A DNA stretch of 64,000 nucleotides from Camelus dromedarius (taxonomy: Eukaryota): contig NC_087436.1 of assembly GCF_036321535.1 (NCBI RefSeq), positions 1,550,001-1,614,000 of the forward strand, in the 5' to 3' direction. The position numbers and the translations under genes were made by a program. Under the pieces are notes generated by a model. It was not told the origin of the DNA and made no database searches. It saw only the letters and a list, made by a program, of their open reading frames with translations. Below are positions 1 through 13,050 of the stretch, one piece after another (position 1 is the stretch's first letter; every line of letters begins with the position of its first letter).

Positions 1-429
1 CCCCTTATATATGTATGGAGTGGAGTTAGCAACTGAAAATAAACTTTTTGTTCCCATCAAGCTAGGTGAAGGACGGCTTTCACACACACTTATCTCTCAG
101 AAATGAGCATGTGGAGAGACATTCGTTCATCTAGCACAAAGGGTACGTGTTGCAGGTGAAAACTTTCTCTGGTTTCTCAGTCTGTTTCCTAGTGCCGGTT
201 TGAAGTTCCTGCAGGTTTCACTGTAAAACCGAGTTGGAGCTAGTACCTCCCCATATATATGTATGGATTGGTGTTTGCAACTGAAAAGAAACATTGTGTA
301 CCCAACAAGCTAGTTGAAGGCGGCTTTCACACACACTTATCTGTCAGAACTGAGCATGTGGAGAGACGTTCGTTCATCTAGCACAAAGGGAACGGGTTGC
401 AGGAGAAACTTTTACTCTGGTTTCTCAGT

Positions 430-1845
430 CTGTTCCCTAGTGCCGGTATGAACTTCCTTCAGGTTTACCTGTAAAACATATTTGGAACTGTACCTACGCA
501 TATATATGTATGGAGTGGAATTTGCAACTGAAAATAAACTTTGTGTTCAGTACAAGCTAGTTTAAGGGAGGCAATCACACACACAAATCTCTCAGAACTG
601 ACCATGTGGAGAGACTTTCGTTCATCTAGCACAAAGGGAAAGGGTTGCAGGAGAAACTTTTACTGTGGTATCTCAGTGTGTTTCCTACTGCCGGTTTGAA
701 GTTCCTGCAGATTTCACTGTAAAACCGAGTTGGAGCTCGTACCTCCCCATATATATGTATGGAGTGGAGTTTGAAACTGAAAAGAAACTTTGTGTTCCCA
801 ACAAGCTAGGTGAAGGCGGCTTTCACACACACTTATCTCTCAGAACTGAGCATGTGGAGAGACTTTGGTTCATCTAGCACAAAGGGAAATGGTTGCAGGA
901 GAAACTTTTACTGTGGTATCTCAGTGTGTTTCCTACTGCCGGTTTGAAGTTCCTGCAGATTTCACTGTAAAACCGAGTTGGAGCTAGTACCTACCCATAT
1001 ATATGTATGGAGTGGAGTTTGCAAATGAAAAGAAACTTTGTGTTCCCAACAAGCTAGGTGAAGGCGGCTTTCACACACACTTATCTCTCAGAACTGAGCA
1101 TGTGGAGAGACGTTCGTTCATCTAGCACAAAGGGAACGTGTTGCAAGAGAAACTTTTACTTTGGTTTCTCAGTCTGTTTCCTATTACCGGTTTGAATTTC
1201 CTGCAGTTTTCACTGTAAAACCGATTTCTAGCTTGTACCACCCCATATATATTTATGGAGTGGATTTTGCAACTGAAAAGAAACTTTGTGTTCAGTACAA
1301 GACAGGTGAAGGACGGCTTTCACACACAATTATCTTTCAGAACTTAGCATGTGGAGAGACGTTCATTCATCTAGCAGAAAGGGAAAGGGTTGCAGGAGAA
1401 ACTATTAATCTGGTTTCTCAGTCTGTTTCCTACTGCCGGTTTGAAGTTCCTGCAGTTTTCACTGTAAAACCGATTTGGAACTCGTACCTCCCCATATATA
1501 TGTATGGACTGGAATTTGCAAGTGAAAAGAAACTTTGTGTTCCCAACAAGCTAGGTGAAAGATGGCTTTCACACACAATTATCTCTGAGAACTGAGCATG
1601 TGGAGAGACGTTCATTCATCTAACAGAAAGGGAAAGGGTTGCAGGAGAAACTTTTACTCTGGTTTCTCAGTCTATTTCCTACAGCCGGTTTGAAGTTCCT
1701 GCAGTTTTCACTGTAAAAGGGAGTTGAAGCTAGAACCTCCCCATATATATGTATGGAGTGGAGTTTGCAACTGAAAAGAAACTTTGTGTTCCCAACTAGC
1801 TATTTGAAGGACGGCTTTCACACACACTTATCTCTCAGAACTGAG
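430..1845 (+). repeat. Block of about 5.7 monomers that recurs at 62586-64000 (copy 1)
   Basis: Private variants such as CCCTAGTGCCGGTATGAACTTCCTTCAGGTTTACCTG, TACCTACGCATA and TTTAAGGGAGGCAATCAC occur only here and 62,156 bp downstream. ORFs 665 and 62821 encode identical peptides. Confidence 0.95.
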
Positions 1846-2459
1846 CATGTGGAGAGACGTTCGTTCATCTAGCACAAAGGGAACGGGTTGCAGGTGAAAA
1901 GTTTACTCTGGTTACTCAGACTGTTTCCTACTGCCGGTTTGAAGTTCCTGCAGTTTTCACTGTAAAACCGAGTTGGAGCTAGTACCTCCCCATATATATG
2001 TATGGAGTGTAGTTTGCAAGTGAAAAGAAACATTGTGATCCCAACAAGCTATGTGAAGTACGGCTTTCACACACAATTATCTCTCTGAACAGAGCATGTG
2101 GAGAGACGTTTGTTCATCTAGCACAAAGGGAACGGGTTGCAGGAGAAACTTTTACTCTGGTTTCTTAGTCTGTTTCCTAGTACCTTTTTGAAGTTCCTGC
2201 AGTTTTCACTTTAAAACAGATTTGGAGCTAGTACCTCCCCATATATATGTATGGAGTGGAGTTTGCAACTGAAAAGAAACTTTGTGCTCCCAACAAGCTA
2301 GGTGAAGGACGGCTTTCACACACACTTATGTCTCAGAACTGAGCATGTGGAGAGACTTTCGTTCATCTAGCACAAAGGAACGGGTTGCAGTAGAAACTTT
2401 TACTCTGGTTTCTCAGTCTGTTTCCTAGTGCCGGTTTGAAGTTCCTGCAGTTTTCACTG

Positions 2460-4860
2460 TAAAAGCGAGTTGGAGCTCGTACCTCCCCATATATATGTAT
2501 GGAGTGGAGTTTGAAAGTGAAAAGAAACTATGTGTTCCCAACAAGCTAGGTGAAGGATGGCTTTCAAACACACTTATCTCTGAGAACTGAGCATGTGGAG
2601 AGACGTTCGTTCATCTAGCACAAAGGGAATTGTTTGAAGGAGAAACTTTTACTCTGGTTTCTCTGTCTGTTTCCTACTGCCGGTTTGAAGTTCCTGCAGT
2701 TTTCACTGTAAAACTGAGTTGAAGCTAGAACCTAACCATATATATGTATGGAGTGGAGTTTGCAACTGAAAAGAAACTTTGTGTTCACAACAAGCTAGGT
2801 GAAGGACGGCTTTCACACACACTTATCTCTCAGAACTGAGCATGTGGAGAGACGTTCGTTCATCTAGCACAAAGGGAACGAGTTGCAGGTGAAAATTTTA
2901 CTCTGGTTTCTCAGACTGTTTCCTACTGCCGGTTTGAAGTTCCTGCAGTTTTCACTGTAAAACCGAGTTGGAGCTAGTACCTCCCCATATATATGTATGG
3001 AGTGGGGTTTGCAACTGAAAAGAATCTTTGTTTTCCCAACAAGATAGCTGAAGTCGGCGTTCACACACACTTATCTCTCAGAACAGAGCAAGTGGAGAGA
3101 CGTTTGTTCATCTAGCACAAAGGGAACGTGTTGCAGGAGAATCTTTTACTCTAGTTTCTTAGTCGGTTTCCTAGTACCGGTTTGAAGTTACTACAGATTT
3201 CACTGTAAAAACGAGTTGGAGCTAGTACCTCCCCATATATATGTATGGATTATAGTTTGCAACTGAAAAGAAACTTTGTGTTCCCAACAAGCTAGTTGAA
3301 GGACGGCTTTCTCACACACTTATCTCTCAGAACTGAGCATGTGGAGAGACGTTCGTTCATCTAGCACAAAGGGAACGGGTTGCAGGAGAAACTTTTACTC
3401 TGGTTTCTCAGTCAGTTCCCTACTGCCGGTTTGAAGTTCCTGCAGTTTTCACTGTAAAACCAAGTTGGTGCTAGTACCTCCCCATATATATGTAAGGAGT
3501 GGAGTTTGCAACTGAAAAGAAACTTTGTGTTCCCAACAAGCTAGGTGAAGGCGGCTTTCACACACACTTATCTCTCAGAACTGAGCATGTGGAGAGACGT
3601 TCGTTCATCTAGCACAATGGGAACATGTTGCAGGAGAAACTTTTACTCTGTTTTCTCAGTCTGTTTCCTAGTACCGGTTTGAAGTTCCTGCAGTTTTCAC
3701 TTTAAAACAGATTTGGAGCTAGTACCTCCCCATATATATGTATGGAGTGGAATTTGCAACTGAAAAGAATCTTTGTGTTAAGTACAAGCTAGGTTAAGGA
3801 CGGCTTTCACACACACTTATCTCTCAGAACTGAGCATATGGAGAGACGTTCGTTCATCTAGCACAAAGGGAACGGGTTGCAGGTGAAAATTTTACTCTGG
3901 TTACTCAGACTGTTTCCTACTGCCGGTTTGAAGTTCCTGCAGTTTTCACTGTAAAAGCGAGTTGGAGCTCGTACCTCCCCATATATATGTATGGAGTGGA
4001 GTTTGAAAGTGTAAAGAAACTTTGTGTTCCCAACAAGCTAGGTGAAGGATGGCTTTCAAACACACTTATCTCTGAGAACTGAGCATGTGGAGAGACGTTC
4101 GTTCATCTAGCACAAAGGGAATTGTTTGAAGGAGAAACTTTTACTCTGGTTTCTCTGTCTGTTTCCTACTGCCGGTTTGAAGTTCCTGCAGTTTTCACTG
4201 TAAAACTGAGTTGAAGCTAGAACCTAACCATATATATGTATGGAGTGGAGTTTGCAACTGAAAAGAAACTTTGTGTTCCCAACAAGCTAGGTGTAGGACG
4301 GCTTTCACACACACTTATCTCTCAGAACTGAGCATGTGGAGAGACGTTCGTTCATCTAGCACAAAGGGAACGGGTTGCAGGTGAAAATTTTACTCTGGTT
4401 TCTCAGACTGTTTCCTACTGCCGGTTTGAAGTTCCTGCAGTTTTCACTGTAAAACCGATTTGGGGCTAGTACCTCCCCATATATATGTATGGAGTGGGGT
4501 TTGCAACTGAAAAGAATCTTTGTTTTCCCAACAAGATAGCTGAAGTCGGCGTTCACACACACTTATCTCTCAGAACAGAGCAAGTGGAGAGACGTTTGTT
4601 CATCTAGCACAAAGGGAACGTGTTGCAGGAGAAACTTTTACTCTAGTTTCTTAGTCGGTTTCCTAGTACCGGTTTGAAGTTACTACAGATTTCACTGTAA
4701 AAACGAGTTGGGGCTAGTACCTCCCCATATATATGTATGGATTATAGTTTGCAACTGAAAAGAAACTTTGTGTTCCCAACAAGCTAGTTGAAGGACGGAT
4801 TTCACACACACTTATCTCTCAGAACTGAGCATGTGGAGAGACGTTCGTTCATCTAGCACA
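2460..4860 (+). repeat. About 0.9-kb segment repeated at a 6-monomer offset (about 2460-3370 and 3953-4860)
   Basis: Shared private variants AACCTAACCATA, CAAGATAGCTGAAGTCGGCGTTCAC, CAGAGCAAGTGG and CTCTAGTTTCTTAGTCGG at offset 1492. ORFs 2864 and 4356 are near-identical. Confidence 0.9.
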
Positions 4861-6089
4861 AAGGGAATGGTTTGCAGGTGAAAATTTTACTATGGTTTCT
4901 CAGTCTTTTTCCTAGTGCCGGTTTGAACTTCCTGCAGTTTTCACTGTAAAACAGATTTGGAGCTAGTACATCCCCATATATATATATTGAATGGAATTTG
5001 CATCTGAAAAGAATCTTTGTGTTCAGTACAAGCTAGGTTAAGGACGGCTTTCACACACGCTTATCTCTCAGACCTGAGCATGTGGAGAGACTTTCGTTCA
5101 TCTAGCACAAAGGGAACGGGTTGCAGGAGAAACTTTTACTCTGGTTTCTCAGTCTGTTTCCTACTGCCGGTTTGAAGTTCCTGCAGTTTTCAATGTAAGA
5201 CCGAGTTGGAGCTCGTACCACCCCATATATATGTATGGAGTGGAGTTTGCAAGTGAAAACAAACATTGTGATCCCAACAAGCTATGTGAAGTACGGCTTT
5301 CACACACACTTATCTCTCAGAACTGAGCATGTGGAGAGACGTTCGTTCATCTAGCACAAAGGGAAAGGTTTGCAGGAGAAACTTTTACTCAGGTTTCTCA
5401 GTCTGTTTCCTAGTGCCGGTTTGAGGTTCTTGCAGGTTTCACTGTAAAACCGAGTTTGAGCTAGTACCTCCCCATATATATGTATGGAGTGGGGTTTGCA
5501 ACTGAAAAGAATCTTTGTGTTCCCAACAAGATAGCTGAAGGCGGCTTTGACACACACTTATCTCTCAGAACAGAGCATGTGGAGAGACGTTTGTTCATCT
5601 AGCACAAAGGGAACGGGTTGCAGGAGAATCTTTTACTCTGGTTTCTTAGTCTGTTTCCTAGTACCGGTTTGAAGTTACTACAGATTTCACTGTAAAAACG
5701 AGTTGGTGCTAGTACCTCCCCATATATATGTATGGATTGGAGTTTGCAACTGAAAAGAAACTTTGTGTTCCCAACAAGCTAGGTTAAGGACGGATTTCAC
5801 ACACACTTATCTCTCAGAACTGAGCATGTGGAGAGACGTTCGTTCATCTAGCACAAAGGAATGGGTTGCAGGAGAAAATTTTACTCTGGTTTCTCATTCT
5901 GTTTCCTAGTGCCGGGTTGAAATTCCTGCAGTTTTCACTGTAAAACAGATTTGGAGCTAGTACCTCCCCATATATATGTATTGATTGGAATTTGCATCTG
6001 AAAAGAATCTTTGTATTCAGTACAAGCTAGGTTAAGGAAGGCTTTCACACACACTTATCTCTCAGAACTGAGCATGTGGAGAGACGTTC

Positions 6090-9000
6090 GTTCATCTACC
6101 ACAGAGGGAACGGGTTGCAGGAGAAACTTTTACTCTGGTTTCTCAGTCTGTTTCCTACTGCCGGTTTGAAGTTCCTGCAGTTTTCACTGTAAAACCAAGT
6201 TGGTGCTAGTACCTCCCCATATATATGTATGGAGTGGAGTTTGCAACTGAAAAGAAACTTTGTGTTCCCAACAAGCTAGGTGAAGGCGGCTTTCACACAC
6301 ACTTATCTCTCAGAACTGAGCATGTGGAGAGACGTTCGTTCATCTAGCACAATGGGAACATGTTGCAGGAGAAACTTTTACTCTGTATTCTCAGTCTGTT
6401 TCCTAGTACCGGTTTGAAGTTCCTGCAGTTTTCACTTTAAAACAGATTTGGAGCTAGTACCTCCCCATATATATGTATGGAGTGGAATTTGCAACTGAAA
6501 AGAATCTTTGTGTTAAGTACAAGCTAGGTTAAGGACGGCTTTCACACACACTTATCTCTCAGAACTGAGCATGTGGAGAGACGTTCGTTCATCTAGCACA
6601 AAGGGAACGGGTTGCACGTGAAAATTTTACTCTGGTTACTCAGACTGTTTCCTACTGCCGGTTTGAAGTTACTGCAGTTTTCACTGTAAAACCGAGTTGG
6701 AGCTAGTACCTCCCCATATATATGTATGGAGTGTAGTTTGCAAGTGAAAAGAAACATTGTGATCCCAACAAGCTATGTGAAGTACGGCTTTCACACACAA
6801 TTATCTCTCAAAACAGAGCATGTGGAGAGACGTTTGTTCATCTAGCACAAAGGGAACGGGTTGCAGGAGAAACTTTTACTCTGGTTTCTTAGTCTGTTTC
6901 CTAGTACCTTTTTGAAGTTACTGCAGATTTCACTGTAAAAACGAGTTGGAGCTAGTACCTCCCCATATATATGTATTGATTGGAGTTTGCAAATGAAAAG
7001 AATCTTTGTGTTCCCAACAAGCTAGGTGAAGGACGGATTTCACACAAACTTATCTCTCAGAACTGAGCATGTGGAGAGACTTTCGTTCATCTAGCTCAAA
7101 GGAACGGGTTGCAGTAGAAACTTTTACTCTGGTTTCTCAGTCTGTTTCCTAGTGCCGGTTTGAAGTTCCTGCAGTTTTCACTGTAAAAGCGAGTTGGAGC
7201 TCGTACCTCCCCATATATATGTATGGAGTGGAGTTTGAAAGTGAAAAGAAACTTTGTGTTCCCAACAAGCTAGGTGAAGGATGGCTTTCAAACACACTTA
7301 TCTCTGAGAACTGAGCATGTGGAGAGACGTTCGTTCATCTAGCACAAAGGGAATTGTTTGAAGGAGAAACTTTTACTCTGGTTTCTCTGTCTGTTTCCTA
7401 CTGCCGGTTTGAAATTCCTGCAGTTTTCACTGTAAAACAGATTTGGAGCTAGTACCTCCCCATATATATATATTGAATGGTATTTGCATCTGAAAAGAAT
7501 CTTTGTGTTCAGTACAAGCTAGGTTAAAGACGGCTTTCACACACGCTTATCTCTCAGAACTGAGCATGTGGAGAGACTTTCGTTCATCTAGCACAAAGGG
7601 AACGGGTTGCAGGAGAAACTTTTACTCTGGTTTCTCAGTCTGTTTCCTACTGCCGGTTTGAAGTTCCTGCAGTTTTCAATGTAAAACCGAGTTGGAGCTC
7701 GTACCTCCCCATATATATGTATGGAGTGGAGTTTGCAAGTGAAAACAAACATTGTGATCCCAACAAGCTATGTGAAGTACGGCTTTCACACACACTTATC
7801 TCTCAGAACTGAGCATGTGGAGAGACGTTCGTTCATCTAGCACAAAGGGAAAGTTTTGCAGGAGAAACTTTTACTCAGGTTTCTCAGTCTGTTTCCTAGT
7901 GCCGGTTTGAGGTTCTTGCAGGTTTCACTGTAAAACCGAGTTTGAGCTAGTACCTACCCATATATATGTATGGAGTGGGGTTTGCAACTGAAAAGAATCT
8001 TTGTGTTCCCAACAAGCTAGCTGAAGGCGGCTTTGACACACACTTATCTCTCAGAACAGAGCATGTGGAGAGACGTTTGTTCATCTAGCACAAAAGGAAC
8101 GGGTTGCAGGAGAAACTTTTACTCTGGTTTCTTAGTCTGTTTCCTAGTACCGGTTTGAAGTTACTACAGATTTCACTGTAAAAACGAGTTGGAGCTAGTA
8201 CCTCCCCATATATATGTATGGATTGGAGTTTGCAACTGAAAAGAAACTTTGTGTTCCCAACAAGCTAGGTGAAGGACGGATTTCACACACACTTATCTCT
8301 CAGAACTGAGCATGTAGAGAGACGTTCGTTCATCTAGCACAAAGGGAATGGGTTGCAGGAGAAAATTTTACTCTGGTTTCTCATTCTGTTTCCTAGTGCC
8401 GGGTTGAACTTCCTGCAGTTTTCACTGTAAAACAGATTTGGAGATAGTACCTCCCCATATATATGTATTGATTGGAATTTGCATCTGAAAAGAATCTTTG
8501 TGTTCAGTACAAGTTACGTTAAGGAAGGCTTTCACACACACTTATCTCTCAGAACTGAGCATGTGGAGAGAATTTCGTTCATCTAGCACAAAGGGAACAG
8601 GTTGCAGGAGAAACATTTACTCTGGTTTCTCAGTCTGTTTCCTACTGACGGTTTGAAGTTCCTGCAGTTTTCACTGTAAAACCGAGTTGGAGCTCGTACC
8701 ACCCCATATATATGTATGGAGTTGAGTTTGAAAGTGAAAAGAAACTTTGTGTTCCCAACAAGCTAGGTGAAGGATGGCTTTCAAACACACTTATCTCTGA
8801 GAAATCAGCATGTGGAGAGACGTTCGTTGATTTAGCACAAAGGGAACTGGTTGAAGGAAACTTTACTCTGGTTTCTCTGTCTGTTTCCTACTGCCGGTTT
8901 GAAGTTCCTGCAGTTTTTACTGTAAAACTGAGTTGAAGCTAGAACCTCCCCATATATATGTATGGAGTGGAGTTGCAACTGAAAAGAAACTTTGTGTTCC

Positions 9001-12000
9001 CAACAAGCTAGGTGAAGGACGGCTTTCACACACACTTATCTCTCAGAACTGAGCATGTGGAGAGACTTTCGTTCATCTAGCACAGAGGGAACGGGTTGCA
9101 GGAGAAACTTTTACTCTGGTTTCTCAGTCTGTTTCCTACTGCCGGTTTGAAGTTCCTGCAGTTTTCACTGTAAAACCAAGTTGGTGCTAGTACCTCCCCA
9201 TATATATGTATGGAGTGGAGTTTGCAACTGAAAAGAAACTTTGTGTTCCCAACAAGCTAGGTGAAGGCGGCTTTCACACACACTTATCTCTCAGAACTGA
9301 GCATGTGGAGAGACGTTCGTTCATCTAGCACAATGGGAACATGTTGCAGGAGAAACTTTTACTCTGTTTTCTCACTCTGTTTCCTAGTACCGGTTTGAAG
9401 TTCCTGCAGTTTTCACTTTAAAACAGATTTGGAGCTAGTACCTCCCCATATATATGTATGGAGTGGAATTTGCAACTGAAAAGAATCTTTGTGTTAAGTA
9501 CAAGCTAGGTTAAGGACGGCTTTCACACACACTTATCTCTCAGAACTGAGCATGTGGAGAGACGTTCGGTCATCTAGCACAAAGGGAACGGGTTGCAGGT
9601 GAAAATTTTACTCTGGTTACTCAGACTGTTTCCTACTGCCGGTTTGAAGTTCCTGCAGTTTTCACTGTAAAACCGAGTTCGAGCTAGTACCTCCCCATAT
9701 ATATGTATGGAGTGTAGTTTGCAAGTGAAAAGAAACATTGTGATCCCAACAAGCTATGTGAAGTACGGCTTTCACACACAATTATCTCTCAGAACAGAGC
9801 ATGTGGATAGACGTTTGTTCATCTAGCACAAAGGGAACGGGTTGCAGGAGAAACTTTTACTCTGGTTTCTTAGTCTGTTTCCTAGTACCTTTTTGAAGTT
9901 ACTGCAGATTTCACTGTAAAAACGAGTTGGAGCTAGTACATCCCCATATATATGTATCGATTGGAGTTTGCAAATGAAAAGAATCTTTGTGTTCCCAACA
10001 AGCTAGGTGAAGGACGGATTTCACTCACAATTATCTCTCAGAACTGAGCATGTGGAGAGACTTTCGTTCATCTAGCTCAAAGGAACGGGTTGCCGTAGAA
10101 ACTTTTACTCTGGTTTCTCAGTCTGTTTCCTAGTGCCGGTTTGAAGTTCCTGCAGTTTTCACTGTAAAAGCGAGTTGGAACTCGTACCTCCCCATATATA
10201 TGTATGGAGTGGAGTTTGAAAGTGAAAAGAAACTTTGTGTTCCCAACAAGCTAGGTGAAGGATGGCTTTCAAACACACTTATCTCTGAGAACTGAGCATG
10301 TGGAGAGACGTTCGTTCATCTAGCACAAAGGGAATTGTTTGAAGGAGAAACTTTTACTCTGGTTTATCTGTCTGTTTCCTACTGCCGGTTTGAAGTTCCA
10401 GCAGTTTTCACTGTAAAACAGATTTGGAGCTAGTACCTCCCCATATATATATATTGAATGGAATTTGCATCTGAAAAGAATCTTTGTGTTCAGTACAAGC
10501 TAGGTTAAAGACGGCTTTCACACACGCTTATCTCTCAGAACTGAGCATGTGGAGAGACTTTCGTTCATCTAGCACAAAGGGAACGGGTTGCAGGATAAAT
10601 TTTACTCTGGTTTCTCAGTCTGTTTCCTACTGCCGGTTTGAAGTTCCTGCAGTTTTCAATGTAAAACCGAGTTGGAGCTCGTACCTCCCCATATATATGT
10701 ATGGAGTGTAGTTTGCAAGTGAAAACAAACATTGTGATCCCAACAAGCTATGTGAAGTACGGCTTTCACACACACTTATCTCTCAGAACTAAGCATGTGG
10801 AGAGACGTTCGTTCATCTAGCACAAAGGGAAAGGTTTGCAGGAGAAACTTTTAGTCAGGTTTCTCAGTCTGTTTCCTAGTGCCGGTTTGAGGTTCTTGCA
10901 GGTTTCACTGTAAAACCGAGTTTGAGCTAGTACCTACCCATATATATGTATGGAGTGGGGTTTGCAACTGAAAAGAATCTTTGTGTTCCCAACAAGCTAG
11001 CTGAAGGCGGCTTTGACACACACTTATCTCTCAGAACAGAGCATGTGGAGAGACGTTTGTTCATCTAGCACAAAGGGAACGGGTTGCAGGAGAAACTTTT
11101 ACTCTGGTTTCTTAGTCTGTTTCCTAGTACCGGTTTGAAGTTACTACAGATTTCACTGTAAAAACGAGTTGGAGCTAGTACCTCCCCATATATATGTATG
11201 GATTGGAGTTTGCAACTGAAAAGAAACTTTGTGTTCCCAACAAGCTAGGTGAAGGACGGATTTCACACACACTTATCTCTCAGAACTGAGCATGTAGAGA
11301 GACGTTCGTTCATCTAGCACAAAGGGAATGGGTTGCAGGAGAAAATTTTACTCTGGTTTCTCATTCTGTTTCCTAGTGCCGGGTTGAACTTCCTGCAGTT
11401 TTCACTGTAAAACAGATTTGGAGCTAGTACCTCCCCATATATATGTATTGATTGGAATTTGCATCTGAAAAGAATCTTTGTGTTCAGTACAAGTTAGGTT
11501 AAGGAAGGCTTTCACACACACTTATCTCTCAGAACTGAGCATGTGGAGAGACTTTCGTTCATCTAGCACAAAGGGAACGGGTTGCAGGATAAATTTTACT
11601 CTGGTTTCTCAGTCTGTTTCCTACTGCCGGTTTGAAGTTCCTGCAGTTTTCAATGTAAAACCGAGTTGGAGCTCGTACCTCCCCATATATATGTATGGAG
11701 TGGAGTTTGCAAGTGAAAACAAACATTGTGATCCCAACAAGCTATGTGAAGTACGGCTTTCACACACACTTATCTCTCAGAACTAAGCATGTGGAGAGAC
11801 GTTCGTTCATCTAGCACAAAGGGAAAGGTTTGCAGGAGAAACTTTTACTCAGGTTTCTCAGTCTGTTTCCTAGTGCCGGTTTGAGGTTCTTGCAGGTTTC
11901 ACTGTAAAACCGAGTTTGAGCTAGTACCTACCCATATATATGTATGGAGTGGGGTTTGCAACTGAAAAGAATCTTTGTGTTCCCAACAAGCTAGCTGAAG

Positions 12001-13050
12001 GCGGCTTTGACACACACTTATCTCTCAGAACAGAGCATGTGGAGAGACGTTTGTTCATCTAGCACAAAGGGAACGGGTTGCAGGAGAAACTTTTACTCTG
12101 GTTTCTTAGTCTGTTTCCTAGTACCGGTTTGAAGTTACTACAGATTTCACTGTAAAAACGAGTTGGAGCTAGTACCTCCCCATATATATGTATGGATTGG
12201 AGTTTGCAACTGAAAAGAAACTTTGTGTTCCCAACAAGCTAGGTGAAGGACGGATTTCACACACACTTATCTCTCAGAACTGAGCATGTAGAGAGACGTT
12301 CGTTCATCTAGCACAAAGGGAATGGGTTGCAGGAGAAAATTTTACTCTGGTTTCTCATTCTGTTTCCTAGTGCCGGGTTGAACTTCCTGCAGTTTTCACT
12401 GTAAAACAGATTTGGAGCTAGTACCTCCCCATATATATGTATTGATTGGAATTTGCATCTGAAAAGAATCTTTGTGTTCAGTACAAGTTAGGTTAAGGAA
12501 GGCTTTCACACACACTTATCTCTCAGAACTGAGCATGTGGAGAGACTTTCGTTCATCTAGCACAAAGGGAACAGGTTGCAGGAGAAACATTTACTCTGGT
12601 TTCTCAGTCTGTTTCCTACTGCCGGTTTGAAGTTCCTGCAGTTTTCACTGTAAAACCGAGTTGGAGCTCGTACCACCCCATATATATGTATGGAGTGGAG
12701 TTTGAAAGTGAAAAGAAACTTTGTGTTCCCAACAAGCTAGGTGAAGGATGGCTTTCAAACACACTTATCTCTGAGAAATCAGCATGTGGAGAGACGTTCG
12801 TTGATTTAGCACAAAGGGAACTGGTTGAAGGGAAACTTTTACTCTGGTTTCTCTGTCTGTTTCCTACTGCCGGTTTGAAGTTCCTGCAGTTTTTACTGTA
12901 AAACTGAGTTGAAGCTAGAACCTCCCCATATATATGTATGGAGTGGAGTTGCAACTGAAAAGAAACTTTGTGTTCCCAACAAGCTAGGTGAAGGACGGCT
13001 TTCACACACACTTATCTCTCAGAACAGAGCATGTGGAGAGACATTCGTTC
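6090..13050 (+). repeat. 12-mer HOR in two copies (about 6090-9070 and 9070-13050), the second expanded to 16 monomers
   Basis: Marker ACAGAGGGAA at 6101 and 9082 (offset 2981). Terminal markers GAAATCAGCATG/GTTGATTTAGC occur at offset about 3974 (ORFs 8712 and 12686), equal to 12+4 monomers. Confidence 0.88.
10550..12540 (+). repeat. Near-perfect tandem 4-mer duplication (994-bp unit)
   Basis: CAATGTAAAA at 10657 and 11651. GCAGGATAAATTTT and AACTAAGCATG are present in both units. ORFs at 10484 and 11478. Confidence 0.92.

Noticed and set aside
249..266. TATATA as a TATA-box promoter in every monomer
   Set aside because: It is part of a short (AT)n run with no downstream gene or other supporting promoter evidence.
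1161..1595. Longest ORF (144 aa); monomer length 249 is divisible by 3, hinting at a tandem-repeat protein
   Set aside because: Most monomers carry in-frame stops, 248-bp monomers are frequent, and the paralog at 63317 is frameshifted.
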